A stretch of DNA of 64,000 bases from Orbicella franksi (lineage: Eukaryota): NCBI GenBank assembly GCA_964199315.1, contig OZ116709.1, positions 11,346,001 to 11,410,000 of the forward strand, written 5' to 3'. The notes beneath the pieces were generated by a model. It was not told where the DNA came from, made no database searches, and saw only the letters and a list, made by a program, of their open reading frames with translations. This document shows, in pieces, positions 35,401 through 47,800 of this stretch (within the stretch, counting starts at the first letter, position 1; each line of letters opens with the position of its first letter). The position numbers and the translations under genes were made by a program.

Positions 35401-36653
35401 GAGCTATGCATAACTATCTCATCGAGAACTTGAACGGCACGAATTTGTAATTCTTGACCACATATTTCATTTCATCGCTGTGGGCTCTTTTGTTTTATGC
35501 CTGAAATATTCTCCTTGGTCCAATGGGTTCGAATTGATCGTGTTAACTGTATTATCTTTTCAAGCTCTTTTATTACACTGAGCTTGCTTTTGACAAAACT
35601 TGATATACTGACTGATATTGCGTTCATAAGTGGAGGTGCTAATCTTCGTTTGGCTTTTGCAATAGTCCCAAGTCTGATGTTCCTTCCATTTCCTGACGTG
35701 AAGTGTCTCGTGTAATTGACTAAAAACAGACTTCACTCTCTCCAGAGATTTTATATTATTTTTTTACGCTTGCTTCAGGCTCGGATGGGTTTCTTGTTGC
35801 TTTTCGCCTTCATTAAGATTATTTTTAAAACGAAGCATGAAAATAACTAGTCCTGTCTTGAAGGAAAAAAAAACGATTTATTTCTCGTCCTGAAGTGAGC
35901 GTTGCGTTCCCTCTTACTTTATGTGAAAATTTCAAAACACATCATGTGTTATAGGAGTTTGTTTGCGATCCACTCTTATGTAAATATCTGAAGTAATGTG
36001 AATTGTCACGTCATTCCATTGAGTGTTGGCTTTCAATTCCGGTTTACAAGAGAAGCTTAATAAAGTGAAAACTTAATCAACTACAGCAACCTGAAATTAA
36101 GTTCACTTGTTGTTCATTAAGTATAGAAGAACTCGGCTGTAGCCTTTTAGAAATCCCGTGACTTTTTAGCTCTTTTTTAACACTCCTCCGGAAGAGGTCA
36201 GTGCTTTTACGTTTACCAAAATATATCATTCTACAACAGCCAAATGCTTTGAATCGTTAGCCAATTTCCTGAATAGCGAATTTTATATAGATCTACATTA
36301 ACTCTCTCGAGACCGAATACTATTTTCTATTTGCATAAATCCTTACCTCCCGTGCACTGCGCTATGATAAAGAAGAGAGCTTTCAACATTGAAACTCTTC
36401 CAACGGCCATCATAGAGATGGTCACGGCTGGGTTAAGCTGTCCTCCGGAAATGTGTAGAATAGACATGGCAAGAGTCGCAATGCTCAGTCCATGGCTGAA
36501 AGCGATGTGCATAACCGAAGGAGGGCTGTAGTTCCATGGTAATACAGTCCCACATACCATGAACAGGAATAAGAGTGTTGCTAAAAACTCGGCGAAGACT
36601 TCGGTCCAAAATGATCGGGAACGTAACTCCATTTTACCGTCTCGAAGAAACAT
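32435..36653 (-). CDS. AQP: Aquaporin AQP-B (264 aa; NPA/NPA; ar/R H-L-A-R)
   Basis: Exons 36653-36347, 34397-34162, 33555-33475 and 32605-32435, all GT-AG and in phase. Motifs [56 protein letters not shown] and IYWIAP. Confidence 0.93.
34445..34635 (-). mobile_element. Truncated copy of SINE family 1 in AQP-B intron 1
   Basis: Aligns by eye with 12161-12350 (CATACGAGCCAAGTGGCCCATCAGGCCGG...GTTACCCCCAGCATTAAA). Confidence 0.7.
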
Positions 36654-39600
36654 GTTTGCGTCGATCCGTGTTAATTATATGTATGGACCAAAACAAGACC
36701 GGTACTCACTGCTGTCTCAGTGTTCAAAAGTGCAGGCGATGTTTACTCAAGAGACCTTATAAAGCCCCCACAGCTACCGGCTTTCAAGGGCTAGGAACAA
36801 CCGAGAAGGACTTTCAAAGTCACACATGCTGATTGGCTAAATATTCGTCATCTTTCATTAGCCACTTGTCGTGACTTGATGTGGATGACAGACTTGAGTT
36901 TGAGACTATCTGTCATTGTTGACTAAAATTGGAGGGAGGGTCGACTGAGGGTGGAATCCGTGAGGGGAAGTGTTAGTGGGTTAATGTGCACGAGAAACTG
37001 AAAGACTTTAAAAAGTCTATCTTTGGGTTATAGGCTGGCTCATGGTCTTGTGAATACGGAAAGTTGACGAAATTCTCCGATTGGGAAAGAACTACAACTG
37101 TTTTGAGTCGCTGCACACGTCATGGATGGCACTGGATAAGCGACTCCACTCTACTCAATCAAATTTGAAAGACAATCACACTAAGTCCATTCTCCATTAT
37201 TTCAGCCCGTGGCCGGTTGCTTACGAGTCGCGACCATTCTTAGAAGCAAGCAGCTCTATTTGCGACCACGTTTTCGAATTTTCGAAGCGTTCGCTTATGA
37301 GAGCTTCGACTGTCTCATTTTTCGCGTGGCAGCCGAATGCCACCATGTGCATCGCGCAAATTAACGTTTTGAGCATAAAAGCAGTGTAACCATTAATTTC
37401 ATGTTTCTGAGAGAAAATGGCGGTCAAACGTAAACCTTAACTTTGTAGGTCCTGAAGATCTGTATGTCGAGTGGAAGAGATATAGGTCGTTTAGAATCAT
37501 TATATCCAGATGACAGAAGTGTACTAGTATGTATGAATACGACGACTTTATCATTTTTCAATGTTAATAACGGTATCAATGCAACTTTTCAGAAACTTTG
37601 ACTACATCTCCAGTAAAAGTTTGACGCACCTTGTCCGACCGAGTTCAGATAGTGAATAATACCTTCAGTTTAAAGTTGAAGCGGTGCACATCAAAGAAAG
37701 TCAACCCGAGCCGTGTAGCTGGCAACAGTTTCCAACACTTTTCAACAATTATACGTTGATTGATCACAATAGACTATGATCTAGTTGATCAGTAGCGTCA
37801 CTGTATATCAGTTGATCATACAATAATGCTATCGCGAGACCGGAATGCCAAATCATTGGTAAACTTGAAATTGTGACCATGTCGCTGAGGTTGCAGGTGA
37901 CCATGTCAACAGCATAACCTGATGAATTCAGCCTTACTCTAGCTTCATGCACTGGCTTACAGCTCAAATTTGAGCTCGGTGTTCGCCTTTTCGGAATGGC
38001 CTGATAGTTAGACTTCGGATTGCGCTATTAAGTTTCCATGCTGAATTAGACCCGTGATGGTGATGTGTCCCTGGGCAAGATACAAGATACCGGCGTCAAT
38101 TATGTTTCTCAGCTATCTGTTTTGTACACGGAGAGATCTTTGAGCTGGTGTAGTAAGATAGATCAAGGTCGTGTAATTTAAATAAAGGACTGTACTTTCA
38201 CAAACAAGAGGATTATCTTCCAGTTTCTTCGTTTGGGACAGGGAGACAAATCAGCCAAACAGGTGGCGGTTTCCCTGAATCGAATGTTAGTCCCTGTAAA
38301 ACACGACCTAAGCTTCACTGAAATTACCCTCGTGGTTTCATGCCATGGGGACCCTTCTCAAGTACTCACAAGAAAGCTATATGTCATTTGCATACGCTCT
38401 GCATTTGATCATAATTATCCTGGGATCTTGTTCAGATCCTAACTGTTTTTGTGACCCCTTCAGATACTGAATCGATCGTGACGGAAGCCGGAAATTTTAT
38501 ACAAGTAAATTTTAGTGGGTGCAAAAGAACATAACGGCTGTAGTAGTTGCAAAAGAGGTGGTCCATTAGAGTGAAGCCTTATTATTTATTTAGTGTTGGC
38601 TCTTTGGGTAATTCTGTCAATTTTTCATCCAAAAATGCAAATGTTCTTCTTTTTTCCTCAATCACTGGTAAGGACATTTTTGGGTTTCCTTTTGCAAAAA
38701 ACTCCAAAAGAGAAACGTTTTAGGTTTTCGAGATATCGGGAATAAATTATTTTGAATTTCTGTCTACTGTCCATTCAGCGTCGTCAAGTTACTGTAATTC
38801 TTAAAATTACCGCTAAACTGTCGAGGGACTGTTCTGAAAGGTCTTGAATCGCAATGTCACTCTACGACCTTTCACGCAATTGCCAATTCAATCTCAGTTT
38901 TTTCATTTTAGTATTTCATCTTTCTACGTCTTGAATTATTTTCGATGTCTTTGAAGAACCGAAACATATTATGTCGGTTTCCTCAGACGGAAAAAGGACA
39001 AGCAGTCGTTTCCTACTTTAAGAGCGACCGTTCTGGAGGAAAACTCGCCGCGCTTCGTCTTCAGTTATTTGTTGTGTTCAGAGCCGTGTTTTTTCCAGTG
39101 AGTATCTACTGTTTCAATGTCTGTAAAATGTAGATTTTCATCGACAATATAGTTGCCTGAGTCTATGCTTAGAGTTTTCTGCCAAAACATTATAAATCTA
39201 ACACTTCCGATCATAATCCCTCAGACCAGATACCGAAACGGCAAAACTGCAAAAATAGGTCCGCGGTGCGTACATGCAAGGGCATAGAATCCAAGTGGGG
39301 AGCTCATTTAATTTTGGCAACTCAAAAGAAGGGGGGTGTTAATTGGAAACGGGCTACTTTGTCAGGACAGGGTGCTCATTTCACTTGTTTGTTTATTTGT
39401 TTGTTGGTCAATTGGTGATTTTGTCTGAAATATTTGAACTGCCCAGGTTGGAAGATTGGGAATTTTCAAGCCGTAGGAAAAAGATCTATGTGCGCTAGAT
39501 AAAACCTAGCGAAGCGAAGGTCCATTGCGTAATGCCATCCTAAGTCAGGTCAATATCGAAGTGATCTCTGCGTATGTCGCAAAACAAAATATACTTGCAT

Positions 39601-40466
39601 GTTAAGAAATGACTAATGCTAAAATACTAACGAAAGAGAAAACGTACATTTGATGATTTCTCAGAGGTTTTAACAACAGCCCTTTTCTAGCTAGGACATT
39701 AAAATCTGACAAAGAGGTTATACATGGGACTGACCTGGAACAACGTAGCTGTTATAATAAAAGAATAGTTGCTTTTCTATGGCGCCAGTTCACTAATTGC
39801 CCAAGGCGCTTCGGAATAATAATGTGTAAACATAGCTGAACTGAAAAAATTTAAAGATTTGGAAAAGACGTAAGTTAAAATGTAACTGCATTTTGACTGT
39901 GAAGCTTAAGGGAAAGAGGTAAACTTTATGAGTGAAAAAGCAGTTTCTGCTCTAGAAAGCCTTACACCGTAAAACATCGGCATCTACTTGTGCAGTAATA
40001 CATGAGTACTTTAGAAGTTTTAGATAACTGAGAACGATATGGAAAACGCTATGATTAACACAACTTGCAGTGCAGCATACATCAAACCTTGGACGTAGAT
40101 TGATAGACAAAACTCGCTTCAAAATTATCATTTGATTAGTTATTTCAAGTCTTTAGGCTGATTTCGATGTCATTATCGAATTAGACATGGCAAGTGTGTG
40201 CAAATATTTCAGGTTTCTTTCGATTCCCTCCATATGCCTGTCGCCGGTAACGTCCTTTTCCGATTTCAGACCAAAATTGATCGAAAGCGTCTTCGTACAG
40301 CTTACTTTCTGTTGTAACTTTCAGATCTTTCGTGAACTTGCACATTTCATTTTAAAAATGTATTCACAGATTCCCAATGCAGTTGAATTTCTACTTGCTT
40401 TCCCGCTCCCTGTAATCCGCAACGTACCTACAAACTATATTATAATGAATTGCAATGTATCCTTAC

Positions 40467-40776
40467 CTCCCGCACTCTCCGCTGCAATAAAGAACACTGC
40501 TTTCAAGATTGAGACCCTTCCAACGGCCATCATGCAGACGGTCAAGGCTGGATTTATAAGTCCACCAGAAACGTGAAAAACTGACATGGCCAGAGTTGCA
40601 ATGCTCAGTCCACTAGTCAATGCAATGTGCATAACAGAATTTGGAGTGTTATTCCAAGTTAACCCTGTTCCACAGGCTAGAAACAGGTATAAAAGTGTAG
40701 TTAAAAATTCGGCAAAGACCTCGATCCAAAAGAAACGTGAAAGTAGATCCGTTTTTGTGCCGCAATGAAATGTCAT
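40467..40776 (-). CDS. AQP: Orphan aquaporin first exon (AQP-C; TM1-TM3 half, NPA intact): candidate alternative first exon of AQP-B, or a truncated paralogue
   Basis: ATG to phase-1 donor GGAG|gtaagg, 103 codons with no stop. About 63/91 aligned residues identical to AQP-B exon 1. No exon 2, 3 or 4-like sequence seen in 36654-40466. Confidence 0.85.
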
Positions 40777-41334
40777 GTTGTTGTATTGATGTGTGAATTG
40801 ATTCGAGTTGGAAAGAGGTATATAAGAACCTATCTAGTATCGACCCGGTCTTCGCTTCTTCAAGGGAGCGAAACGGAGACCACTGCTTTGGATGTGTGAG
40901 CAGCCTATCACCTGACAGAGCGTGCTTTGTTAATTGACCCTGGGTCTCCACGGCTAAATTAACACCTTGGGGCAAAAACGTCTTTTGAATTTACGGTGCA
41001 AATCTGTTTGATGGTGTTGCAAAAAGAATCTTGAACGGTTGTGCAAATCATTTAAGTGGCACTAGCCGACAGACGCCGAAAACGCATCAAGCCTGCAGGT
41101 ACTTGCGTTCCGCCTCCTGCAAATTCGGGCATCGATATCTCAAAAATAGCCACCGTCTACTGACCCCTAAACAATTTGGCTCAATTAGGTATCATGCTAT
41201 TCTACGCGCGACCCGCTCTCACAGTATGAACATTTCTTGCGTAACAACCCGAACAGCGATTGCTTGCTGATCATAAAATCACCCAAAGTGGCTGCAGGAG
41301 CAAGCAGACAACAACTACCGAAACAGAGCTCAGT

Positions 41335-41521
41335 AATGGGTAATTTCCGAGTTACTTTGTGCCTCTGTTTCAAAACGAGTCCTAATGCAAAACCTTTCAT
41401 ATGAAAATGGTTTAATTTGCATGAAAATGAACCTGTAGGCCAAACACATTTTCATTTGAATGGTTTCGCACGAAGTCTCGTTTTGACACATAGGAAAAAG
41501 ACAGCTCGGAAATGGCCTATT
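41335..41521. mobile_element. About 190-bp MITE; an interrupted copy lies at 62447-62917
   Basis: Imperfect TIR AATGGGTAATTTCCGAG / CTCGGAAATGGCCTATT. Second copy within the window. Confidence 0.7.
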
Positions 41522-43107
41522 TGGTACGTTTAAGTTATTACGAAAATATCCTCTTTCTGCCTTTTTTGAAACAACCATAGAGTCCCCATGAAAAACCTAT
41601 TAAGTGAGATCTTGAAAATACCGCAAACGTGCATTTGCTTTGCGTGGTTCCTGTTCTCTTGTCACGATGGTGGGCGGCCTGCATGGAGTTGATTTTGACT
41701 CCATTTCAAAAGAAATTGAAGTTTCTGCAAAACTTCTTTGAAAATGATCATACGGTGATTTTTCTCTTTCTCGAATTGGTCTCTAGATCAAGTATTTCGG
41801 GTTGGCACACCGGCTGCGGTGGAACACAACGAGGCACCACTAAACCTGACAAAAGCATTCTCTAGGGTCCTAGAGGAAGAGAAGGGGGGACCGGCGACGG
41901 ACTAACATCTGATCAAGGGGGGTAGTAGAACATCATATGTCAGAAACCGGGGCCGGGTAAGGAGGGCGATATGGACCACTTGGCCCGAATGCAACAATTT
42001 GATCGAGCGTTCTTCCCCAGGATGCCGGATGTATTTTTTTGCCTTCGGTAACTTTCTGAACGGTCACAAAGACTTGATAAACAGTTTTTACTTCAGACTA
42101 CCAAATGTGAAGACTGCGTGTAGTGGGAAATCATCATTGAATAATTAACCAAGCCTTGATTCTAGTCGTTTAGAAGGAAGCGAGAGTGCTGCAGCCGTTA
42201 TGATTATCTGTAGCTCTACCCCATTACTCAATCGTGTACTCAGCTCTAATCAATGAAGAACTCAATGCGTTTATTTTCACTGAGTTACTGACTGATCGAC
42301 CAAATTTTAGAGGAATTTTAAAATTTTCGTCTTGAGAAATCGGGTAAGTATCCTTCAAATGCATAATATAAGTCCTACAATTATATACCGTTTGATACGT
42401 AGAGTAAAATCAAAGAACAAACAAACACTGACTTTCTAAAACGACTAACAAATCTAAACTAGAACTAAGTTAGAAGTGCTCAAAACTCATCTGAAGGTTG
42501 AAAACAGCCCACTTTAAGCCTTACGGCTGTGACAAAAACGTAAAAATCTAACTACTCCTACTTGTATTGATGTAACACGCAGGACGTCATTTTTTCGCCT
42601 TAAGTTCAATAATCAATGTTCCGGAATGTATAGAAATTATAGTTATCTGGGATAATTTACATACAGTTTCTTAATCAAACAAGATTGCTTGTCGAATATT
42701 TAGTGGAAGAAAAGCAAATGATTCAACGGCCTATGAGATGCCCAAAAGTGTTGAACCAAACAAAATCTTCTTTTGATTTGTTATTCAGCAAAAAGCTTAC
42801 CACAGTTACGAATTTCTATATTTACTTCGCTAAATTTCACACTGTTCATAATGAAAGTTTTTCGATCCGCATGTACATTGAAAAATCTTTAGACCACTTT
42901 TGCGCTCGTAAAATGTCAAGCACTGACTTAGCTCTCAGCGAAAACATCGGCAGCAATGCTTGGTCATGCTTTGACAAGCTACATAAAGATAAAAAAACTA
43001 GGCTTTCAAAAAAAAGCTAAGCTAAACTCAGCACGATAACTAAACAATCTAGAGGGCAAGGTTTTTTCTTTTAAAAAAGAAGAGCGTAGCTGCAATCAGC
43101 CGACAGT

Positions 43108-44841
43108 TTACAGCTTTGAATCTGCGTAAAGATCCAATTCGTTGACTGACTCAGCAGCGGCGCCCATCTCTTTTCGGGATCGAAAAACCAACTGGTACAG
43201 AAGTGCTGCCACCAAACCTCCTCCAATTGGTCCAGCCCAGTACACCTGAAAGACACACAGATATGTTTAAAATGACAGGCGTTTCGGGAAAACTTAGTCT
43301 TGCAGAAGTGTCAGAAGCGTGCGCAGCAATGTTGAAAGGTATCATGGGTAGAGCTGGCTGGCTACCACCTTGTTTAATTAATCGAAGTTCACGGTGTTTC
43401 TGCGTGAAGTAAGAAGAAACCATCTATTTTGGTTTCATCTATTTTCCCTTCCATTAGCCTGGAACACCGTGAACTTCAGTGATCAACCATTGGTATACTG
43501 AGGAGGGAGCGTGGCAAAGTGGTTAGGGCGCCAGACTTGAAATCCGGAGGTCACGGGTTTAAGTCCCGTTCTGGCCACCAGCTGGTGTTGCTCTCGGTAG
43601 TCTCGATCTCGCAAAACTGCAAAAATGTATGGGTGGCAAAAACGGTAATGAGCCCATACGTTCTTTGTAAGATTTTGAGTTTTTAAACTCGTGTGACAAA
43701 TAGTATTCTATATTTCGGGCTTAAATTTCTTGGGGCAGTTAATCAAGCCACGCCTTTTTAATATTCAGAATGATACAGACTATGATTTGAAACTGAAGAG
43801 CTTATGAAGGGAACAGTTTAAACAAAGATTCCATTCAAGATTTAAATAGTTGGCAAATTGTCTTTTACAACCCCGTCTTTATTAAAAGGGGTGCTCTAAC
43901 TTTCAAGGCTGGGAATGAAACCAAAGTCTGTTCTAATTCTAATGAAAGTTATTTGCCGGGAATTTCTTATGTTCATAGTAGTATTAATGGTGCTGCACAA
44001 GTTTTTTTATTAAGCTGGTGAAAACTATTGACCAAGCAGAACGTTTCTGTGGTTTTCGTTAGAAGACTGTGGATGAAAGCTTAGTGAGAGGCCATTTAAA
44101 TATAAGCTATTTAGCACTGACTACTTTATCTTTTTAACTACTTTATCTTTTTAAATTTTTGTCAAACATAGCACAAATCTATCTTGAAAGATATTTTCTA
44201 TTCTTTTCAAATTTGTATCAGAGCTTATCTGGCAACGAAAATCTGCTTTCTGTAAAAGTTTGATATTCGGCGAATGCTTATTCATTGCGTTTTTTTGAGT
44301 TGCTGTGTAAGATATCTACCTCGCCAAATACGTTTTCACCCTTAAACAGCCTCTTTTGTACTGTAATAATCTAGAAATATGTAAATTGCTCAATGTTAGA
44401 CCCTGTAATCACATACCCAGTGATCCTCCCAGATTTCTTTTTTGTTCATGATGACCGCTGGACCAAACGAACGTGCAGGATTTATACCACATCCCGTAAA
44501 ACCAATCTAAAAGTAAAGCACAAAGTTAAATTATGATGCAATGTGAGCCAAACTAAAGGAAGAATTGTGGATCATGGTGTTTATAGCTGTGGAAATTAGC
44601 CAGCTGTATATCCGCCATAGATCTGAATTACTTTTTCAGTTAAGGAGGAGGGCAAAGATTAAATATCAGATATGCAGCAAACTATTGTTTTAGGTCGGAA
44701 AAAGCTGCAGCAATTGTTAAGGGAATCCTTTTCCTTGTTGCTCGTAAAAATGGACAAGCAGGAAGAAAAAGAGCTCTAAATCCAAGAGGAAAATGCTGGA
44801 TTTGAGGCACATCGGGAACAACTCAAGATTTTACTGGTTTT

Positions 44842-44876
<35 letters not shown>

Positions 44877-47800
44877 GCTGCTGCTGCTGCTGCCGCTTTG
44901 TTTTTGTTGTCTATGTGTCTGTTTTTCTTTTCTTCCTTTCTTTTTTTTTGGGGGGGGGGGCGTGTACATGTGTGTTCCTTTTATTTTTTATGAGACTACT
45001 TTTAAAAAGAAAAATTAAAAGACGGTGTCAGCCTGTGTTGTGGTTGCTGTTTGAGGTTTTCAACGAGTCTTAACTGATCTTAACTGCGTCAAAGTGAGCT
45101 TTACCTGTACTAAGTTCACAATAAATCTGGGGCACTTACTATTTACATGGGAAAACCGGAAATTCCAGTTGGAAAATCAAATGGTTCGCGCCATTCCGTT
45201 TGGGAAGCTTCAGAAAATATGGGCTGTGATTTGAGGTGATGCTATTTTTCCGCTGTTTTAAGTCTCTCTAGCTGATGTGGATATACTTAATACCGATTCC
45301 TTCTCCCGCAACGTGGCATTCAATTGTTTAATGTTTATGCCTGAAATTTCCAACCGGATGGTTTTTGTAAATGGTAAGCACCCCTTGCCTCCCAACATAG
45401 GCCCGCAATGCATCTATAGAAGTGTTCTATTTCAGAGATGTTACAAGTTACAAGTAATGATGGTTTAACCGCACTATTGGCCCAGGCAACCAATATGTTT
45501 CGTTTCTACATCACTAGTTTTCTATTGGACAGCTTGATTGTTAAACCCTTAAGGTCTATAGCGTCAGTGTGAGGTAGGCTATAAATTTAGAGACCTTAAC
45601 TCACCCCAATAAAATGACACACAGCTACACAAAGGCCGATAGACAGCGGGACTTCGTATCCATAGTGATTCCTCTTGGAGTCTGTACTAGCGCACACAGT
45701 GAAGACCAGAAGGAATGTCAGCAATATTTCAATCCCTACCGCTTGTGCCGCGGTCACACCGGGGCCTGGGACTGTCGCTCCCAGGGTTCCGCGTTTCTCG
45801 TCAGGTGTGATGTATTTCAATACCGCTGAGCCAGCGATACCTTGTTAAGAATAGAAAGATATCTTATCATTTTGATTGAAAAATGTAAATTTGCTGCATG
45901 TCTGCGTTTTTCAACATTATAACAAAACGGGTTTGTGTGCATAAAGACGGTTTAAAAACGGTCCGCAGTGCGTGCAAAATCTTTAGCTTTGGTTTGTAAA
46001 TATACGTTTTTGTTTGCGTGATGTCTTTTAGAAACATGTTCCCTTATCTACCCCAAAACCACACCACACTCGATCATTTGTATTTCAATTAATAAATTGA
46101 GTGTTATTTAGTTTTTTATATAAGAGCCATACAAAAATCAGTCAACCAAAGATTGCCCTGATGCAGAACCTCCATTTTGACGAAAAATATTTTCGCGATT
46201 CACAGTGAGAGCAGAATCATTAAAGTGTCACGTATTTTTTTCAGGCGAACGTCACTGCGCGGTTGAACCGGATATCCGTAATATCTTTGGCCCGCCCAGA
46301 ATGTTCGGTATTGCCTCTATGGAATTTTTTAAAAATTGTTTACACGACACAAAATGCTTGCCAATGACAACATGTGGAACTCACAGTTTGCATAGACCCA
46401 ACCCGAAAAAAAAAAAAACACAACGGCAATATTGCACCAAATGTTGTAAGACAGAAGGCGTCTTTTTTAGTCCGGAATCTTGTTGACTATCAGCAGCATT
46501 GCTAGCAAGTTTGCCGCTATTTCCTGCCTTTTTGCTGCCCAATCACTGACCCGAGCAAACAATGTGTTTCTCCTCCCTGCCAATCGTTAGAATTTCCCAT
46601 TAAGTCTTAACTTTCAGAGATTCTGATATTTCACCAAGGTCATTGTCCATTTATACTTATCGATGCATTGTTCGCCAATGTATCGGTTTTGAGAGAATAA
46701 TTAAGGTAGGTGTTGCCTTGGGATGGGAACTCATAAGAGCTTTCCACTTGAACTTCGTCTTAATGGACGGAAGAAATTACCATTAATAACGTAAGCTATT
46801 GATAAGATCTGTATATCAACTAGCTTGATGTCTCTTAAGATTTTGACCGACCCCGTCGGGAGCCAATGGCGATTTTAATTGTTTAACTCTTACATGAAGT
46901 TTCTAAAAATAATAACTCAAAAACAAAGGATGCTAGTGTGTATTAATTGATTGTGTATTATCTCAAAGGTGATGTTTTTTTCTCCGAGACGAAGGGCACA
47001 CGTTCTTTGTTTTTGCTTGATCAATTACAGCAAATGGGAAACAGCCACGCTTTATACAGGCATTTGCATTTGTATTCCACGCACTTTTGAAGCCCTTGAC
47101 AAGTTTGCTGCAAAAGACGTCAGTTGATAAAGTAGCTTTTGCTGGGAAACAATGACGGACAATCAAAATGGCGGCAGTAAACCCAGATCTTTGTTTCCAA
47201 GACATAGTCAAAAAGTTCAAAAAACTGAAAATTAGATACGTTTTCCACTCGACATTGCATTGTGTCTAATTCTAGTCTGCTGGAAGGTTTCAATTAGATA
47301 AGTGATATAACAATCTTCATAAGCTTACATAAGTATGAGTAATAATCACTCTAGAAGTCCCACTTATGCCCTTTTAACATGCATGTTAAGTCATGTGTGG
47401 AATGAAAGCTTTTTTGGGTGAAAACATTCTAAATATTTTTAGAATTTATTCCAAGTGGTATGCGAGCCAAATACCTGTCATAGCGTTTTCGTTAAGCGTT
47501 AGGGGCGTTTTCTATATTCAATTTGCCAGCTCTCCTCTGGAGGCGACGACATAAAATACAAAACCCGCTTCGGTAATTTTCATTCAGTGAGAGAATTGAA
47601 CAAAAATGTGGCGGTTTTACAGACGATTTAACCAGGTCCACGAAAGTTGTTATTAACCCACATGACTACCATAACTTGTGTTCAGCCAGTTTTTTATTCA
47701 AGTCACGTTTTTCGCGATTGTTTCGTACCTAAGATTACTCTTTTAGAAATAGTACAACAGTTCAACGGTGTTGTTTGGATTGAAATAAAGAAAGGTCGGC

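Noticed and set aside
36654-40466. Possible degraded exons 2-4 of AQP-C, and ORFs 37081..37389 and 37221..37427
   Set aside because: No ELxxTF, TD, NPARS or YWxGP remnants found on the minus strand by eye. The ORFs have no recognisable domain and may be transposon debris. A TBLASTN search would be needed to exclude highly decayed exons.
43506-43580. Possible tRNA gene
   Set aside because: Mismatched anticodon stem and degenerate B box; it continues into SINE body sequence shared with 10330-10597.
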